A stretch of DNA of 64,000 nt, taken from Porphyromonadaceae bacterium UBA7180. GTDB lineage: Bacteria; Bacteroidota; Bacteroidia; Bacteroidales; Muribaculaceae. The notes beneath the pieces are model-generated. The model saw nothing but the letters and a program-made list of their open reading frames with translations, did no database searches and was not told the origin of the DNA. The position numbers and the translations under genes are program-made. The DNA is taken from positions 33,808 through 97,807 of the forward strand of contig DKVK01000060.1 of assembly GCA_002491165.1 (NCBI GenBank). The letters run 5' to 3'. Below are positions 42,562 through 52,535 of this stretch, piece by piece; the first letter of the stretch is position 1, and each line of letters begins with the position of its first letter.

Positions 42562-44076
42562 TTAGAAGTTATTGGTTACAGGGTGATCGCTATTCCCTAT
42601 CTTCGAGTCCTTTATCTGTTCCTGATTGTGATTTTTGGGTTTCGGCTCCTTCTTTTGGGATTCCGCTTTATTTGTAACGGTAGGTTTTACCTGAGATTGG
42701 GCCTTCGGTTCGTCCTTCTTCTTCACCGTCGGGGCGGGAACGCCCGGAGTTTCGGTTTGCGTCTGCTGCCGCACTTCGACAGCAGGCTCGGACTGAGGCT
42801 CTTCCACAGCAGGTTCATCCGCAACTTCCTGGGCAGGAACGGTTTTCGAGGCAGATTCCACAGCCACACCTTCATCGGAACTCTCCTCGTCGCTACCAAT
42901 GGCAGCCAAGGCAATCACAGCTCCAACTACAAGCGCCGCGGCGATGATGACATATATTATCCGCGATGGCTTCTTCCTCTCCTGTCTCGCGTGAACAGAA
43001 GGAACGACAGGAGGAGCAACGGGAGCGACCGGCGGTTGCGGCGGACTCGCAGCATCCGGCTTCCTCACCTCGGCTTTCTCCTCCTTCCGTGGCTTGCGGT
43101 CCGGGTTGATAATAACCGTTTCCTCGCTCTCCACGACCGGAGGGATGACCTCAACCGTTTCGATGGCCGCGTCAGATTCGCCGTTGATGTCAAGTTCCTC
43201 GATGGATTTCGGGCGCGTATGGATGTCGAGGGTCATGCGTTCTATGAGGCGGCGCATCTGCGGCGAGACGGTTTCCGGCAGTTCGGCGGCCAGCTCGCCG
43301 TCGCGCAGCATCAGCGACGATTTAGGCTGAAGCCCCGTGAGGCAAAACCATAGCGTGGCACCAAGGGCGTAGATATCCGACTCCGGCGAGAACGCCGATA
43401 TGCCGGAATACTGCTCGCGCGGCGAGTACCCTTCGCTCACCCCGAGCGTCTTGACGGTGGTGGTGGGACGTCCGGCCTGGTCGTAATGTTTGGAAAGGCC
43501 AAAGTCGATGAGCACAGGACGCAGTTCGCCGTTTTCTTCATGCCCGAGCATGATGTTTCCGGGCTTTATGTCGAGGTGGCAGATGTGCGACTTGTGCAAG
43601 AGACTCATGGCGTCGAGGATAGGCCACATCAGGCTGCGCGTCTCCTCTTCGCTCAGTGCGCCGCGCCGCTCCACATACTCGCGCAGGCTCTCGCCGTCGA
43701 CAAACTCCATGACGTAATACGCGGTATTGTTGGCCTCGAAAACCTCGTCGAAGCCCACGATGTTATGGTGCGTGAATCCTATCTTTTTCAACCGCGAGGC
43801 CTCGGATATGAAGTCGCGGCGTGCATTCTCCACGCGCTCGCGCGCCGGATTGGAGTAATTGATGCGCGAGTCGGCGAGGCGTTCGCAGTCGCTGGCGGGG
43901 AAAAATTCCTTGATGCAGAAATTGGCCGTCATGCGGATAGTGCCTACCGTCACGGGAGCCTTCACCTTATAAGTGATACCGAAACCTCCGGCACCCAACT
44001 TTTTGATAATGGTATATTTACGCGAATTGCCCGATAACTCGAAGCCATTGGGGAGTTCGTTTTCGATGCGTGGCAT
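42562..44076 (-). CDS. Hanks-type Ser/Thr protein kinase with a single TM and low-complexity external tail
   Basis: LGAGGFG, IKEFF, HLDIKPGN, IDFG, YSPREQ, SDIYALG; TM IIYVIIAAALVVGAVIALAAIG. Confidence 0.92.
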   Translation of the reverse strand: MPRIENELPNGFELSGNSRKYTIIKKLGAGGFGITYKVKAPVTVGTIRMTANFCIKEFFPASDCERLADSRINYSNPARERVENARRDFISEASRLKKIGFTHHNIVGFDEVFEANNTAYYVMEFVDGESLREYVERRGALSEEETRSLMWPILDAMSLLHKSHICHLDIKPGNIMLGHEENGELRPVLIDFGLSKHYDQAGRPTTTVKTLGVSEGYSPREQYSGISAFSPESDIYALGATLWFCLTGLQPKSSLMLRDGELAAELPETVSPQMRRLIERMTLDIHTRPKSIEELDINGESDAAIETVEVIPPVVESEETVIINPDRKPRKEEKAEVRKPDAASPPQPPVAPVAPPVVPSVHARQERKKPSRIIYVIIAAALVVGAVIALAAIGSDEESSDEGVAVESASKTVPAQEVADEPAVEEPQSEPAVEVRQQTQTETPGVPAPTVKKKDEPKAQSQVKPTVTNKAESQKKEPKPKNHNQEQIKDSKIGNSDHPVTNNF

Positions 44077-44133
44077 AGCAGAAAAAATTTATGATTAGGG
44101 TAATAAAAGCAACAAAGCCTTACATCCCTTTTG

Positions 44134-44165
44134 CAAAGTTACACACTTTTCTTTAAAATGGCAAA
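44134..44165 (-). promoter_or_regulatory. housekeeping promoter for the kinase operon
   Basis: minus strand TTTG-N20-TAACTTTG. Confidence 0.75.
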
Positions 44166-44219
44166 CTTCCGGATGAGAAAAACAACCGGAAGTCTGCTAT
44201 TTGCCGTTAATGTAGCGTG

Positions 44220-45686
44220 TCAATGCCGTTCCTTGCGGCTGGCATCGATGCGCAACAGTATGAATATCAGTATGGTAAAGCCCCACAAAGCCGAGCCGCC
44301 GTAGCTCAGGAACGGCAACGGTATGCCTATGACGGGGCATAATCCGATGACCATCCCCACGTTCACCGCAAGGTGGAATATCAGGAACGACACCACGCAG
44401 TAGGCATAAACCCTCCCGAAGGGGGTATGTTGTCGCTCCGCTATGTGTATAAGCCTCAGTATCAGTGCCAGGAAAAGCACGAGCACAGTCACGGTGCCGA
44501 TGAATCCTTCCTCCTCGCCGATGGTGCAGAAGATGAAGTCTGTGTGCTGTTCCGGCACATATTTCAGCTTGGTCTGGGTGCCGTTGAGAAACCCTTTGCC
44601 GGTGACTCCGCCCGAGCCGATGGCTATCTTCGACTGGTTGACGTTGTAGCCCGACTTCCTGACGTCGTCCTCGATGCCGACGGCGACCTTGATGCGCACC
44701 TGCTGGTGCGGCTGCAGCACACTGCCGAAGACGTAGCCTACGGAGAAGAGGAACGATACCGAGACGAGCATGAAGCCGAGCGTAATGGCGTATTTCTGCA
44801 TACGGTGGCGCATCATAGCCAGGGCAACGTATACGGCCGTTCCGCCGAGCATTATCAGGAAGAAGGCCACGCCGGGGACATTCACGCCGCAGAGCGCCAG
44901 GACGGTGACTACCGCGCCGCCGCCCAGGAAGGCGAAAAGCACGTTGCGTGCCACGAAGCGGTCGCGACAATAAAACCACAGCATCCCGATGAAGATGGCC
45001 ACTATGAAGATGAAGACGGTGAACTGCCCCACGGGCATACCCAGCAGCAACGGCGTGGCATACTTCACCGCCACCACAAAATAAGTGACGGCACATACCA
45101 CCGCAAAGAGTATCATACCGCTCATCCCCTCGCGGTAAAGCACGAAGACAAGAGAGAAATAGACCAGCGCCGAACCCGTCTCCTTCTGCAAAAGTATTAA
45201 GATGATGGGCACGAAGATGATGATGAGGGCGCGGAAGTAGTTGCTCGGTTTCTGATTGAGCCGGAAGTTATAGGAGTCAAACAGTTTGGCAAGCGCCAGT
45301 GCCGTCGCGAACTTGCCGAACTCTGCGGGCTGGAGGCTCACCGGCCCGAAAGAGAGCCAGGAGCGCGACCCCTTGATGTCGGGCGCAATGAAGATTGTCA
45401 GTATCAGCACAAGAATCACCACGCCGTAAATCGGGTAGGCATAAGCCTCGTAGAGGCGGTAGTCGAGCAGCATTATGGCGCAGCCGATGACCAGCGAAAG
45501 GCCTATCCACACGAACTGTTTGCCGGAGAACTCCGAAAAGTCGAAGAGCGACGCGTTGTCAAAGTCGTAGCTCGCGGCGTAGATGCTGACGGCGCCAATG
45601 ACCACCAGCATCAGGTAGAGCACGATTGTCATCCAGTCTATGGACCGGAACATCGAGGTGTTGGCTTCAGTGTTTCTTAACTCCAC
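44220..45686 (-). CDS. rodA: rod shape-determining protein RodA
   Basis: GSRSW, LQPAEFGK, QSKIAIGSGG, PEQHTDFIF, GIPLPFLSYGG. Confidence 0.95.
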   Translation of the reverse strand: MELRNTEANTSMFRSIDWMTIVLYLMLVVIGAVSIYAASYDFDNASLFDFSEFSGKQFVWIGLSLVIGCAIMLLDYRLYEAYAYPIYGVVILVLILTIFIAPDIKGSRSWLSFGPVSLQPAEFGKFATALALAKLFDSYNFRLNQKPSNYFRALIIIFVPIILILLQKETGSALVYFSLVFVLYREGMSGMILFAVVCAVTYFVVAVKYATPLLLGMPVGQFTVFIFIVAIFIGMLWFYCRDRFVARNVLFAFLGGGAVVTVLALCGVNVPGVAFFLIMLGGTAVYVALAMMRHRMQKYAITLGFMLVSVSFLFSVGYVFGSVLQPHQQVRIKVAVGIEDDVRKSGYNVNQSKIAIGSGGVTGKGFLNGTQTKLKYVPEQHTDFIFCTIGEEEGFIGTVTVLVLFLALILRLIHIAERQHTPFGRVYAYCVVSFLIFHLAVNVGMVIGLCPVIGIPLPFLSYGGSALWGFTILIFILLRIDASRKERH

Positions 45687-47517
45687 TGTTCTGAATTGTA
45701 TTAGAGTGCAGCATAGATTCCTCCATGGCTTTATGGGCCGGTGAAATCTCGCCCTTGAGATACTTTTCCATTATAAGGGCGCCGATGGGGACACCGAAAG
45801 CGGCGCCGAAACCGGCGTTCTCCACATAGACGGCGACGGCGATTTTCGGTTTGTCGAAGGGAGCGAAGCCCATGAACGCCGAGTGGTCGCGGCCGTGGGG
45901 GTTCTGTGCGGTACCGGTCTTTCCTGCCACCTCAATGTCGCCGAGATTGGCCTTGCGGCAGGTACCGCCGAGTACCGCCATGCGCATGCCGCGCGCCACC
46001 ATGTCGTAGTATTCGCGGCGTATGTGTATCTGCCGGCGCGTACGGTAGTTCTTGTCGATGACGGTATCCTGCACCTCCTTCACCACATGCGGCGTTATGA
46101 ACCATCCGCGGTTGGCTATCGTGGCGCAGAGGTTGGCTATCTGTATCGGAGTGGCGAGAACCTCGCCCTGGCCGATGCTCACCGAAATCACGGAGTTGGC
46201 CGACCAGTCTCCCTTCAGCATCTTGTTGTAATAGTCGCTGTTGGGAAGGAAACCGCGTGCCTCGCCGGGCAGGTCGATGCCCAGACGGTAGCCGTAACCC
46301 ATCTCCACAAGGTACTTCTTCCACTTCTCGAACTGCGCCGCCGGTGTGGTGCCGGCTTTGTCAATCATGTTCTTGAATCCCCAGCAGAAGTAGGCGTTAC
46401 AGGAGGTTTCGAGGGCCGGAAGCAGGGCGATGGGAGAACCGTGGCCGTGGCATCCCACGCGCAGTCCGTTCACGTAGCCGCGGTGGCAGGGATACTGCGT
46501 GCCTTCGGTCACCACCCCTTCCTGCAGGAAGATGAGTCCCTGCGTCGGCTTGAAAGTGGAGCCGGGGGGATATGCGCCCTGTATGGCACGGTCGTAGAGC
46601 GGCTTGTAGGGGTTCTTCACCAGCTCGGCGTAGTGGTTGCCGCGCTCGCGGCCCACGAGTTCCGAAGGATTGTAACCCGGTGAGGAGACGAGGCAGAGTA
46701 TCTCGCCCGTCTCCGGTTCTATGGCCACGATGGCGCCTATCTTGCCGGCCATGAGGCGCTCGCCGTACTCCTGTAGCTCGATGTCGAGCGAGAGCTTGAG
46801 GTTGCGTCCCGAGCCGGGCTGCACGTCGTGGATGCCGTCTTCATATTTGCCCTTTATGCGGCCGAGGGCGTCCTTCATGAGCACTTCCATACCCTTGGTG
46901 CCGCGCAGTGCCTGCTCGTATGAGCGTTCCACGCCGAGGTCGCCGGTGTAGTCGCCGCGGCGGTAATAGCGGTCGCGGTCCACGTCTTCGGCCGAGACCT
47001 CCCGGATATTGCCCAGCACGTTGGCGCCGCACTCGTAGTTGTACTGGCGCACGGTACGTTTCTGGATGAAGAAGCCGGGAAATTTGTGTAGTTTCTCCTG
47101 CAGACGCCCGTAATCCTCCTGCGATAGTTGCGAAATCAGTTTCTGCGGCGTGTAGGCCGAGTATCCCGGGTTGCGGCGCGGGTTCTTCATGTCGTCCCAC
47201 TTCTGCTTTAGTTCGGCGGGGGTGATGTTGAGCACGCGGCAGAGCGCCAGGGTGTCGAAGTTGCCGACGTCGCGCGGTATGAGCATGACGTCGTAGGCCG
47301 GCTGGTTGAAAACCACCAGCTTGTCGTTGCGGTCGTAGATAAGGCCGCGGGCCGGGTATATGATACGTTCGAGCAGGGCATTGCTCTCCGCGTTGGCCTT
47401 ATACTTGGTGTCGAGCACCTGAAGGCTGAACAGGCGTACGATGTAGATAAGGACTATGAGGCAGAGGAATCCCCCGATTACGTATTTTCTTTTTTCTAAC
47501 TTATAATCTTTTCTCAC
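45667..47517 (-). CDS. mrdA: penicillin-binding protein 2
   Basis: RGLIYDRN, PGSTFK (SxxK), SCN, KTGTAQ. Confidence 0.95.
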   Translation of the reverse strand: MRKDYKLEKRKYVIGGFLCLIVLIYIVRLFSLQVLDTKYKANAESNALLERIIYPARGLIYDRNDKLVVFNQPAYDVMLIPRDVGNFDTLALCRVLNITPAELKQKWDDMKNPRRNPGYSAYTPQKLISQLSQEDYGRLQEKLHKFPGFFIQKRTVRQYNYECGANVLGNIREVSAEDVDRDRYYRRGDYTGDLGVERSYEQALRGTKGMEVLMKDALGRIKGKYEDGIHDVQPGSGRNLKLSLDIELQEYGERLMAGKIGAIVAIEPETGEILCLVSSPGYNPSELVGRERGNHYAELVKNPYKPLYDRAIQGAYPPGSTFKPTQGLIFLQEGVVTEGTQYPCHRGYVNGLRVGCHGHGSPIALLPALETSCNAYFCWGFKNMIDKAGTTPAAQFEKWKKYLVEMGYGYRLGIDLPGEARGFLPNSDYYNKMLKGDWSANSVISVSIGQGEVLATPIQIANLCATIANRGWFITPHVVKEVQDTVIDKNYRTRRQIHIRREYYDMVARGMRMAVLGGTCRKANLGDIEVAGKTGTAQNPHGRDHSAFMGFAPFDKPKIAVAVYVENAGFGAAFGVPIGALIMEKYLKGEISPAHKAMEESMLHSNTIQNSGVKKH

Positions 47518-48022
47518 GTTTCGAAAAAGCCAGGCTGTCTACGGCAAGCAGCAACGCGGTTGTAAGCACGCAGCTCGCCGAAGCTTTCAATATTATTTCT
47601 TTAACGTCGGAAAACGAAAAATATTCTATCGAGAAAATCAAAACGCAATAAATAGCCACCATCGAGAAGAGGTAACGGAAATAAGCGCCGAATCCCATGG
47701 AGGCGATGCCGGGCGTGAAAGTCACCGAGAAGTCGTCCTTCTGCACGAAACTGAAGAATACCTTCTTCTTGCAGACGGCCAGCACAGTGCAGGCCAGTGC
47801 GTTCATTCCCGCAGTGTCGCTGAAGAGGTCCACCCCCAGGCCCAGCAGGAACGAGAGGGTGAGCAACAGGTTGGTGGACATGCTTATCGGCTGGCGCACT
47901 ATGAAATAGATGAAGATAAAGGGGACCGCCGCTCCGAAGAGCACGATATGGTTGCAGACAAGCACCTGCAGCAACAGCAGGGCTATGAAGAGCAACGCGG
48001 TTGTGAATATTGTCCTGTTCAT
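47501..48022 (-). CDS. mreD: rod shape-determining protein MreD
   Basis: hydrophobic; GLGVDLFSDT.G motif; between mreC and mrdA. Confidence 0.88.
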   Translation of the reverse strand: MNRTIFTTALLFIALLLLQVLVCNHIVLFGAAVPFIFIYFIVRQPISMSTNLLLTLSFLLGLGVDLFSDTAGMNALACTVLAVCKKKVFFSFVQKDDFSVTFTPGIASMGFGAYFRYLFSMVAIYCVLIFSIEYFSFSDVKEIILKASASCVLTTALLLAVDSLAFSKREKRL

Positions 48023-48864
48023 TTCAAGTCGTAGTTAGCCAGCGTATCGAGTTCTGCGGCGTAGATGTCGCGGATGATGCTTACGGAGCGGAGGTTGCCC
48101 AGGTCGGAGGCCAGCCGCACCTTCAGCGTGAAGTAGTTGTCGTCGTCGCCGCGCACCTGCGCCATCACTATCCCCACGGGTATCCCCCCGGGGAAGGAGG
48201 TGGAGAAACCGGAGGTGACGATGGAGTCGCCCAGATGGCAGCGCACATGGCGCGGAATCTCCTCCACGTATGCCACGTGCGGGTCGTTCCCCTTCCACAC
48301 CAGGGTACCCACGAAGTCGGTGCCCTTAAGCTTCACGGAAAATTTCTGGGCGTCGTTGAGCACCGAAATGATGCGCGCCGTGTGCGGACCGACCACATTC
48401 ACCACTCCGACGAGGCCGTTGTGGTCCACGACTCCCATTCCGGGGCGCACGCCGTCGGCCGTCCCTTTTTCCACGGTGATGTAATTGCGTTTGCGGTGTG
48501 TGCTGCTGGTAATTACCGGTGCCATTATGTAGTCGAAGCGGTACGACTTCATGTCGGCGTTGGTACCCAGCGAGTCGGCCAGCACTGCGCGGTAGGCGGC
48601 TATCTGGCGCCGGGAGTTGAGCACTTCGGCCTCGAGCCGGGCCACACGCTGTTCCAGCGACGCGTTGCGGCTTTTAAGCGCAAAATAGCCTGTCACCTCC
48701 CCTACGCCGCTGTTGAGCGTCGAGCTCACGGAGTTGGCCGACGTAAGGTAGATGCTCTGCCGGTAAAGCGAGTTGCTGAATATCAGCACACAGCTCAGCA
48801 GCACATAGAACAGGAATACGAACCATGTGCTGTATCGCAGTATGAAGTTAAGTAGGTTTCGCAC
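48019..48864 (-). CDS. mreC: rod shape-determining protein MreC
   Basis: GTG start; N-terminal TM, coiled coil, GLVG, GDSIVTSG..FPGGIPVG. Confidence 0.92.
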   Translation of the reverse strand: MRNLLNFILRYSTWFVFLFYVLLSCVLIFSNSLYRQSIYLTSANSVSSTLNSGVGEVTGYFALKSRNASLEQRVARLEAEVLNSRRQIAAYRAVLADSLGTNADMKSYRFDYIMAPVITSSTHRKRNYITVEKGTADGVRPGMGVVDHNGLVGVVNVVGPHTARIISVLNDAQKFSVKLKGTDFVGTLVWKGNDPHVAYVEEIPRHVRCHLGDSIVTSGFSTSFPGGIPVGIVMAQVRGDDDNYFTLKVRLASDLGNLRSVSIIRDIYAAELDTLANYDLK

Positions 48865-48879
48865 TTTCTTATCATCAAC

Positions 48880-48920
48880 GCGGACACGCGTCCCGGGTCA
48901 TCTCCCGGGACGCCGTCCGC
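48880..48920 (-). other. intercistronic stem-loop between mreB and mreC
   Basis: GCGGAC..GCGTCCCGGG/CCCGGGACGC..GTCCGC; no U-tract. Confidence 0.6.
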
Positions 48921-48962
48921 ACTGTTTTATCGGGCTATATATTCCTTTCAGGGCGCCGGGAA

Positions 48963-50018
48963 TCAGCGGATAAGGAAGTTGAAGCTGCCTATGTTCTTGA
49001 GAGCCACGCCGGTGCCGAGGGCTACTGCATGTAACGGATCGTCGGCTATCTTGAACTGGATGCCTATCTTGTCGGTGAAGCGCTTGGAGAGTCCGCGCAG
49101 CAGGGCGCCTCCGCCGGCCAGGTAGATGCCGTTGCGCACTATGTCGGCATAGAGTTCCGGAGGTGTCTGGGCCAGCGCTTCGAGCACGGCGTCTTCCATC
49201 TTTGAGATGGTGTTCTCGATGCAACGGGAAATCTCGTCATAGGTGACGGCCACCTGCATCGGCAGCGCGCTCATGCGGTTCGGGCCGGTGACGATGAAAG
49301 GTTCCGGCTCGTCGTCGAGCTTCGTGAGTGCCGAGCCGACGTTGATTTTTATCTGTTCGGCCATGGTGGTGCCCACCTTCAGGTTGTGCTCGCGGAGCAT
49401 GTACTCCTTGATGTCCTCTGTCAGGGCGTTCCCGGCCACGCGGATGCTCTTGTTGCTGACGATGCCGCCCAGCGAGATTACGGCGATTTCGGTGGAACCG
49501 CCGCCTATGTCGACTATCATGTTGCCTTCAGGCGCCACGACGTCGAGACCGATTCCGAGGGCAGCCGCCATGGGTTCATATATCATGTAGACGTCGCGTC
49601 CGCCGGCGTGCTCCGAGGAGTCGCGCACGGCACGGATTTCCACTTCGGTAGAGCCTGAGGGGATGCAGACCACCATGCGGAGCGACGGGGTGAATTTCCA
49701 GCGTTTGGAGCCCACCATCTTCACCATACCACGTATCATGGCCTCGGCGGCCTGGAAGTCGGCGATGACGCCGTCGCGCAGCGGGCGCACGGTGCGCAGG
49801 CCCGGCGGCTCCTTGCCTTCCATCATGTGTGCTTCCGTGCCCACGGCGCGGAGACGGTCTGTCTTATTTTCGATTGCTACGACCGACGGCTCGTCTACCA
49901 CAATCTTGTCGTTGTGGATGATGATGGAGTTGGCCGTTCCGAGGTCCATCGCTATCTCCTGCGTGAAGGAGAAGAGGCGCGAGAACCATGATTTTTTATT
50001 ACTCGGATTTTTTGTCAT
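48963..50018 (-). CDS. mreB: actin-like rod shape-determining protein MreB
   Basis: MDLGTAN, RPLRDGVIADF, EPMAAALG, VDIGGG, AGGGALL. Confidence 0.96.
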   Translation of the reverse strand: MTKNPSNKKSWFSRLFSFTQEIAMDLGTANSIIIHNDKIVVDEPSVVAIENKTDRLRAVGTEAHMMEGKEPPGLRTVRPLRDGVIADFQAAEAMIRGMVKMVGSKRWKFTPSLRMVVCIPSGSTEVEIRAVRDSSEHAGGRDVYMIYEPMAAALGIGLDVVAPEGNMIVDIGGGSTEIAVISLGGIVSNKSIRVAGNALTEDIKEYMLREHNLKVGTTMAEQIKINVGSALTKLDDEPEPFIVTGPNRMSALPMQVAVTYDEISRCIENTISKMEDAVLEALAQTPPELYADIVRNGIYLAGGGALLRGLSKRFTDKIGIQFKIADDPLHAVALGTGVALKNIGSFNFLIR

Positions 50019-50085
50019 TTTTTGCGTGTGTTGTAATTAGAGGAGTAAGAAGTGTATTTGTGGTGAGGAGATTAGGAGTTCCAAA

Positions 50086-51609
50086 TCAGTGGCGGAAGTG
50101 GCGGAAGCCGGTGATGGCCATGGCCATGTCGTGGGCGTCGCAGAACTCTATGGAATCGTTGTCACGGATGGAGCCCCCCGGATGTGCCACGGCGGTGATT
50201 CCGGCTTCGTGGGCTATCTCCACACAGTCGGAGAAGGGGAAGAAAGCGTCTGACGCCATAACTGCACCATTGAGGTCGAAGTCGAAGGAACGGGCCTTCT
50301 CTATGGCCTGTTTCAGCGAGTCCACGCGCGAGGTCTGCCCCACTCCGGAAGCCAGCAGACGCCCGTCCTTGGCCAGCACTATGGCGTTGCTCTTGCTGTG
50401 TTTCACCACCTTGAGGGCGAAGACCATGTCGGCGAGTTCGCGGTCGGTGGCCTGGCGCTTGCAGGCCATGCGCAGGTCGGCCACTGTCTCGGTCTGCAGG
50501 TCGGTCTCCTGGCAGAGTACGCCGTTGACGGCCGAACGGTAGCGGCGCGCGGTCTCCACCGGTTTCTTCTGGATGAGGATGATGCGATTCTTCTTCTTTT
50601 CGAGAATAGCGAGCGCCTCGTCGCTGTATTCGGGGGCTATGATTACCTCGAAGAAGATGTTGTTGATTTCCTCGGCAGTCTCGCGGTCCACAGGGCGGTT
50701 GGAGATGAGCACACCGCCGAATGCCGAAACGGGATCGCACGCCAGGGCCGTTTTCCACGCTTGCAGAATATTGTCGGCGGTCGCTATGCCGCAGGCGTTG
50801 TTGTGCTTGAGGATGGCGAACGTCGGCTCTGTAAAGTCGGCCATAAGTTGCGTGGCGGCGTCTATGTCCAGCAGGTTGTTATAGGAGATTTCCTTGCCGT
50901 GGAGCTGGGTGAAGAGTTCGTCGAAGGGGCCGAAGAAGCGGGCCTTCTGGTGCGGGTTCTCGCCGTAGCGGAGCGTCTTCTCGCCGTCGAGCGAGAGGCG
51001 CAGGGCCGACTCCTTGGAGCGGTCGAACCAATTGAAGATGGCGCTGTCGTAGGCCGACGAAACGCCGAAGGCCATGCGTGCGAAGTCGCGGCGCTGCTCC
51101 AGCGTGGTCTCGGCGCCGTATTCTTCCAGCAGGCGCGTCAACGGCGCATACTGAGCCTTGGAGGCAACTATCACCACGTCGTTGAAGTTCTTTGCCGCAC
51201 CGCGTATCAGCGAAATGCCGCCTATGTCTATTTTCTCGATGATGTCGGCCTCGGAGGCACCGGATGCCACCGTCTCTTCGAACGGATAGAGGTCCACTAT
51301 CACCAGGTCTATTTCCGGGATATTGTATCGCTCGGTCTGTTGGCGGTCACCTTCCAGCTCGCGTCGGCACAGGATGCCGCCGAAAATGGTGGGATGCAGT
51401 GTCTTGACGCGCCCTCCGAGAATCGAAGGATAACCCGTCAGAGACTCTACCGTGTCGCACTCATAACCCTTGGAGGTGATGAAATCGTGCGTGCCGCCGG
51501 TCGAAATCAGACGTACGCCATTGTCATGGAGAAGTTTAAGTATGGTTTCCAGTCCATCCTTGTGATAGACCGAGATTAAAGCTGACTTGATTCTTTTTGT
51601 TGACTCCAT
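50086..51609 (-). CDS. purH: bifunctional AICAR formyltransferase/IMP cyclohydrolase
   Basis: ALISV, STGGT, GRVKTLHP, IDIGG, LRYGENPHQ, KHNNACG, ASDAFFPF, RHFRH. Confidence 0.97.
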   Translation of the reverse strand: MESTKRIKSALISVYHKDGLETILKLLHDNGVRLISTGGTHDFITSKGYECDTVESLTGYPSILGGRVKTLHPTIFGGILCRRELEGDRQQTERYNIPEIDLVIVDLYPFEETVASGASEADIIEKIDIGGISLIRGAAKNFNDVVIVASKAQYAPLTRLLEEYGAETTLEQRRDFARMAFGVSSAYDSAIFNWFDRSKESALRLSLDGEKTLRYGENPHQKARFFGPFDELFTQLHGKEISYNNLLDIDAATQLMADFTEPTFAILKHNNACGIATADNILQAWKTALACDPVSAFGGVLISNRPVDRETAEEINNIFFEVIIAPEYSDEALAILEKKKNRIILIQKKPVETARRYRSAVNGVLCQETDLQTETVADLRMACKRQATDRELADMVFALKVVKHSKSNAIVLAKDGRLLASGVGQTSRVDSLKQAIEKARSFDFDLNGAVMASDAFFPFSDCVEIAHEAGITAVAHPGGSIRDNDSIEFCDAHDMAMAITGFRHFRH

Positions 51610-51774
51610 AATATTGAAGTAGTTTATACCTGTTTACGAATAAGAAAGCCAATGAATCACAAACCATTACAAAACGGCGGAAAACTCTTCATCCAACCTT
51701 TCACATTGCATGAACACAACGGGAAGGGGAACCCGTCAGGCCGGTGCGATTCATCACATAACTCAATTAGATTG

Positions 51775-51782
51775 CAAAGTTA
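51775..51782 (-). promoter_or_regulatory. -7 promoter element of the purH-mre operon
   Basis: minus strand TAACTTTG, 165 nt upstream of purH. Confidence 0.55.
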
Positions 51783-51973
51783 GTGTTTTTTGACGAAAAG
51801 TTAAAATGAAATTTCCGTTATGTTAATAAATTTACCCCTATGAGAAAAAGTTTTTTACCATTTTTGCCAAACATGGCCCCTTTCCTTATTATTTTTAACA
51901 TTACGACGGAGGGTAATTGAGCCAAGTTGACCCACCACATCAATCGGGACACAGATAAGAAACCATTGTGATT

Positions 51974-52007
51974 AAAAAGGAGCGGAAACCGGACGTCCGC
52001 TCCTTTT
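51974..52007 (-). terminator. rho-independent terminator (T-runs on both sides)
   Basis: AAAAGGAGCGGA/TCCGCTCCTTTT. Confidence 0.85.
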
Positions 52008-52022
52008 GTCATTTTTTGTATT

Positions 52023-52532
52023 TCAGCGGCGCGTTTTTGTGCGCCGGCGGTTCGTGGCCGGTTTCTGGCGCGTGGTTTTCTTTTGCGTGGTCACTTCACG
52101 GCCGCCTTCGGTGCGCTTCTCCTCTACCGTCTCGGTTTCCGTGTCGGTTTCGGTGTCAATGCGCTTGTAGCGTGCCGGGAATCCGAAGACCGTCACGCGC
52201 AATATGTCCTTCCCTTTCTTGAGGTGAGTGAATTGCGGATTGAAAAGCGTCGCGCAGTTATACTTCATCAGACATTCTACCAACGCCAACTGCTGAGCCT
52301 CTTCGAGTGTGATTTTGGAGAGCTTCAACTTTCCTTCCGGCGTGGAGATATCTATCGTGTAAGTGACGCCTTCGGGGTCGAGGTCCATCGTCAGTTCGTT
52401 GTAGCTCACGATTTCGGGAGCTACGGTAGCGTGGCTGTTCTCCTCGCGAGAGCCGGTGCGCGTAACGTTGCAAGAGGTCAATGCCAGCAACGCCGACACT
52501 GCGGCCGTACAAATCAGGATACCTTTCTTCAT
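52023..52532 (-). CDS. hypothetical lipoprotein
   Basis: lipobox ALTSC; VTVFGFPARYK; T/E/R/K-rich tail. Confidence 0.8.
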   Translation of the reverse strand: MKKGILICTAAVSALLALTSCNVTRTGSREENSHATVAPEIVSYNELTMDLDPEGVTYTIDISTPEGKLKLSKITLEEAQQLALVECLMKYNCATLFNPQFTHLKKGKDILRVTVFGFPARYKRIDTETDTETETVEEKRTEGGREVTTQKKTTRQKPATNRRRTKTRR

Positions 52533-52535
52533 GGC

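Noticed and set aside
50019-50085. AGGAG-containing short repeats between purH and mreB
   Set aside because: Only three degenerate units, on the non-coding strand; no supportable function
51610-51770. ZTP (pfl) riboswitch expected upstream of purH
   Set aside because: I could not find the conserved GACUGGCG...CGCCUGGG cores
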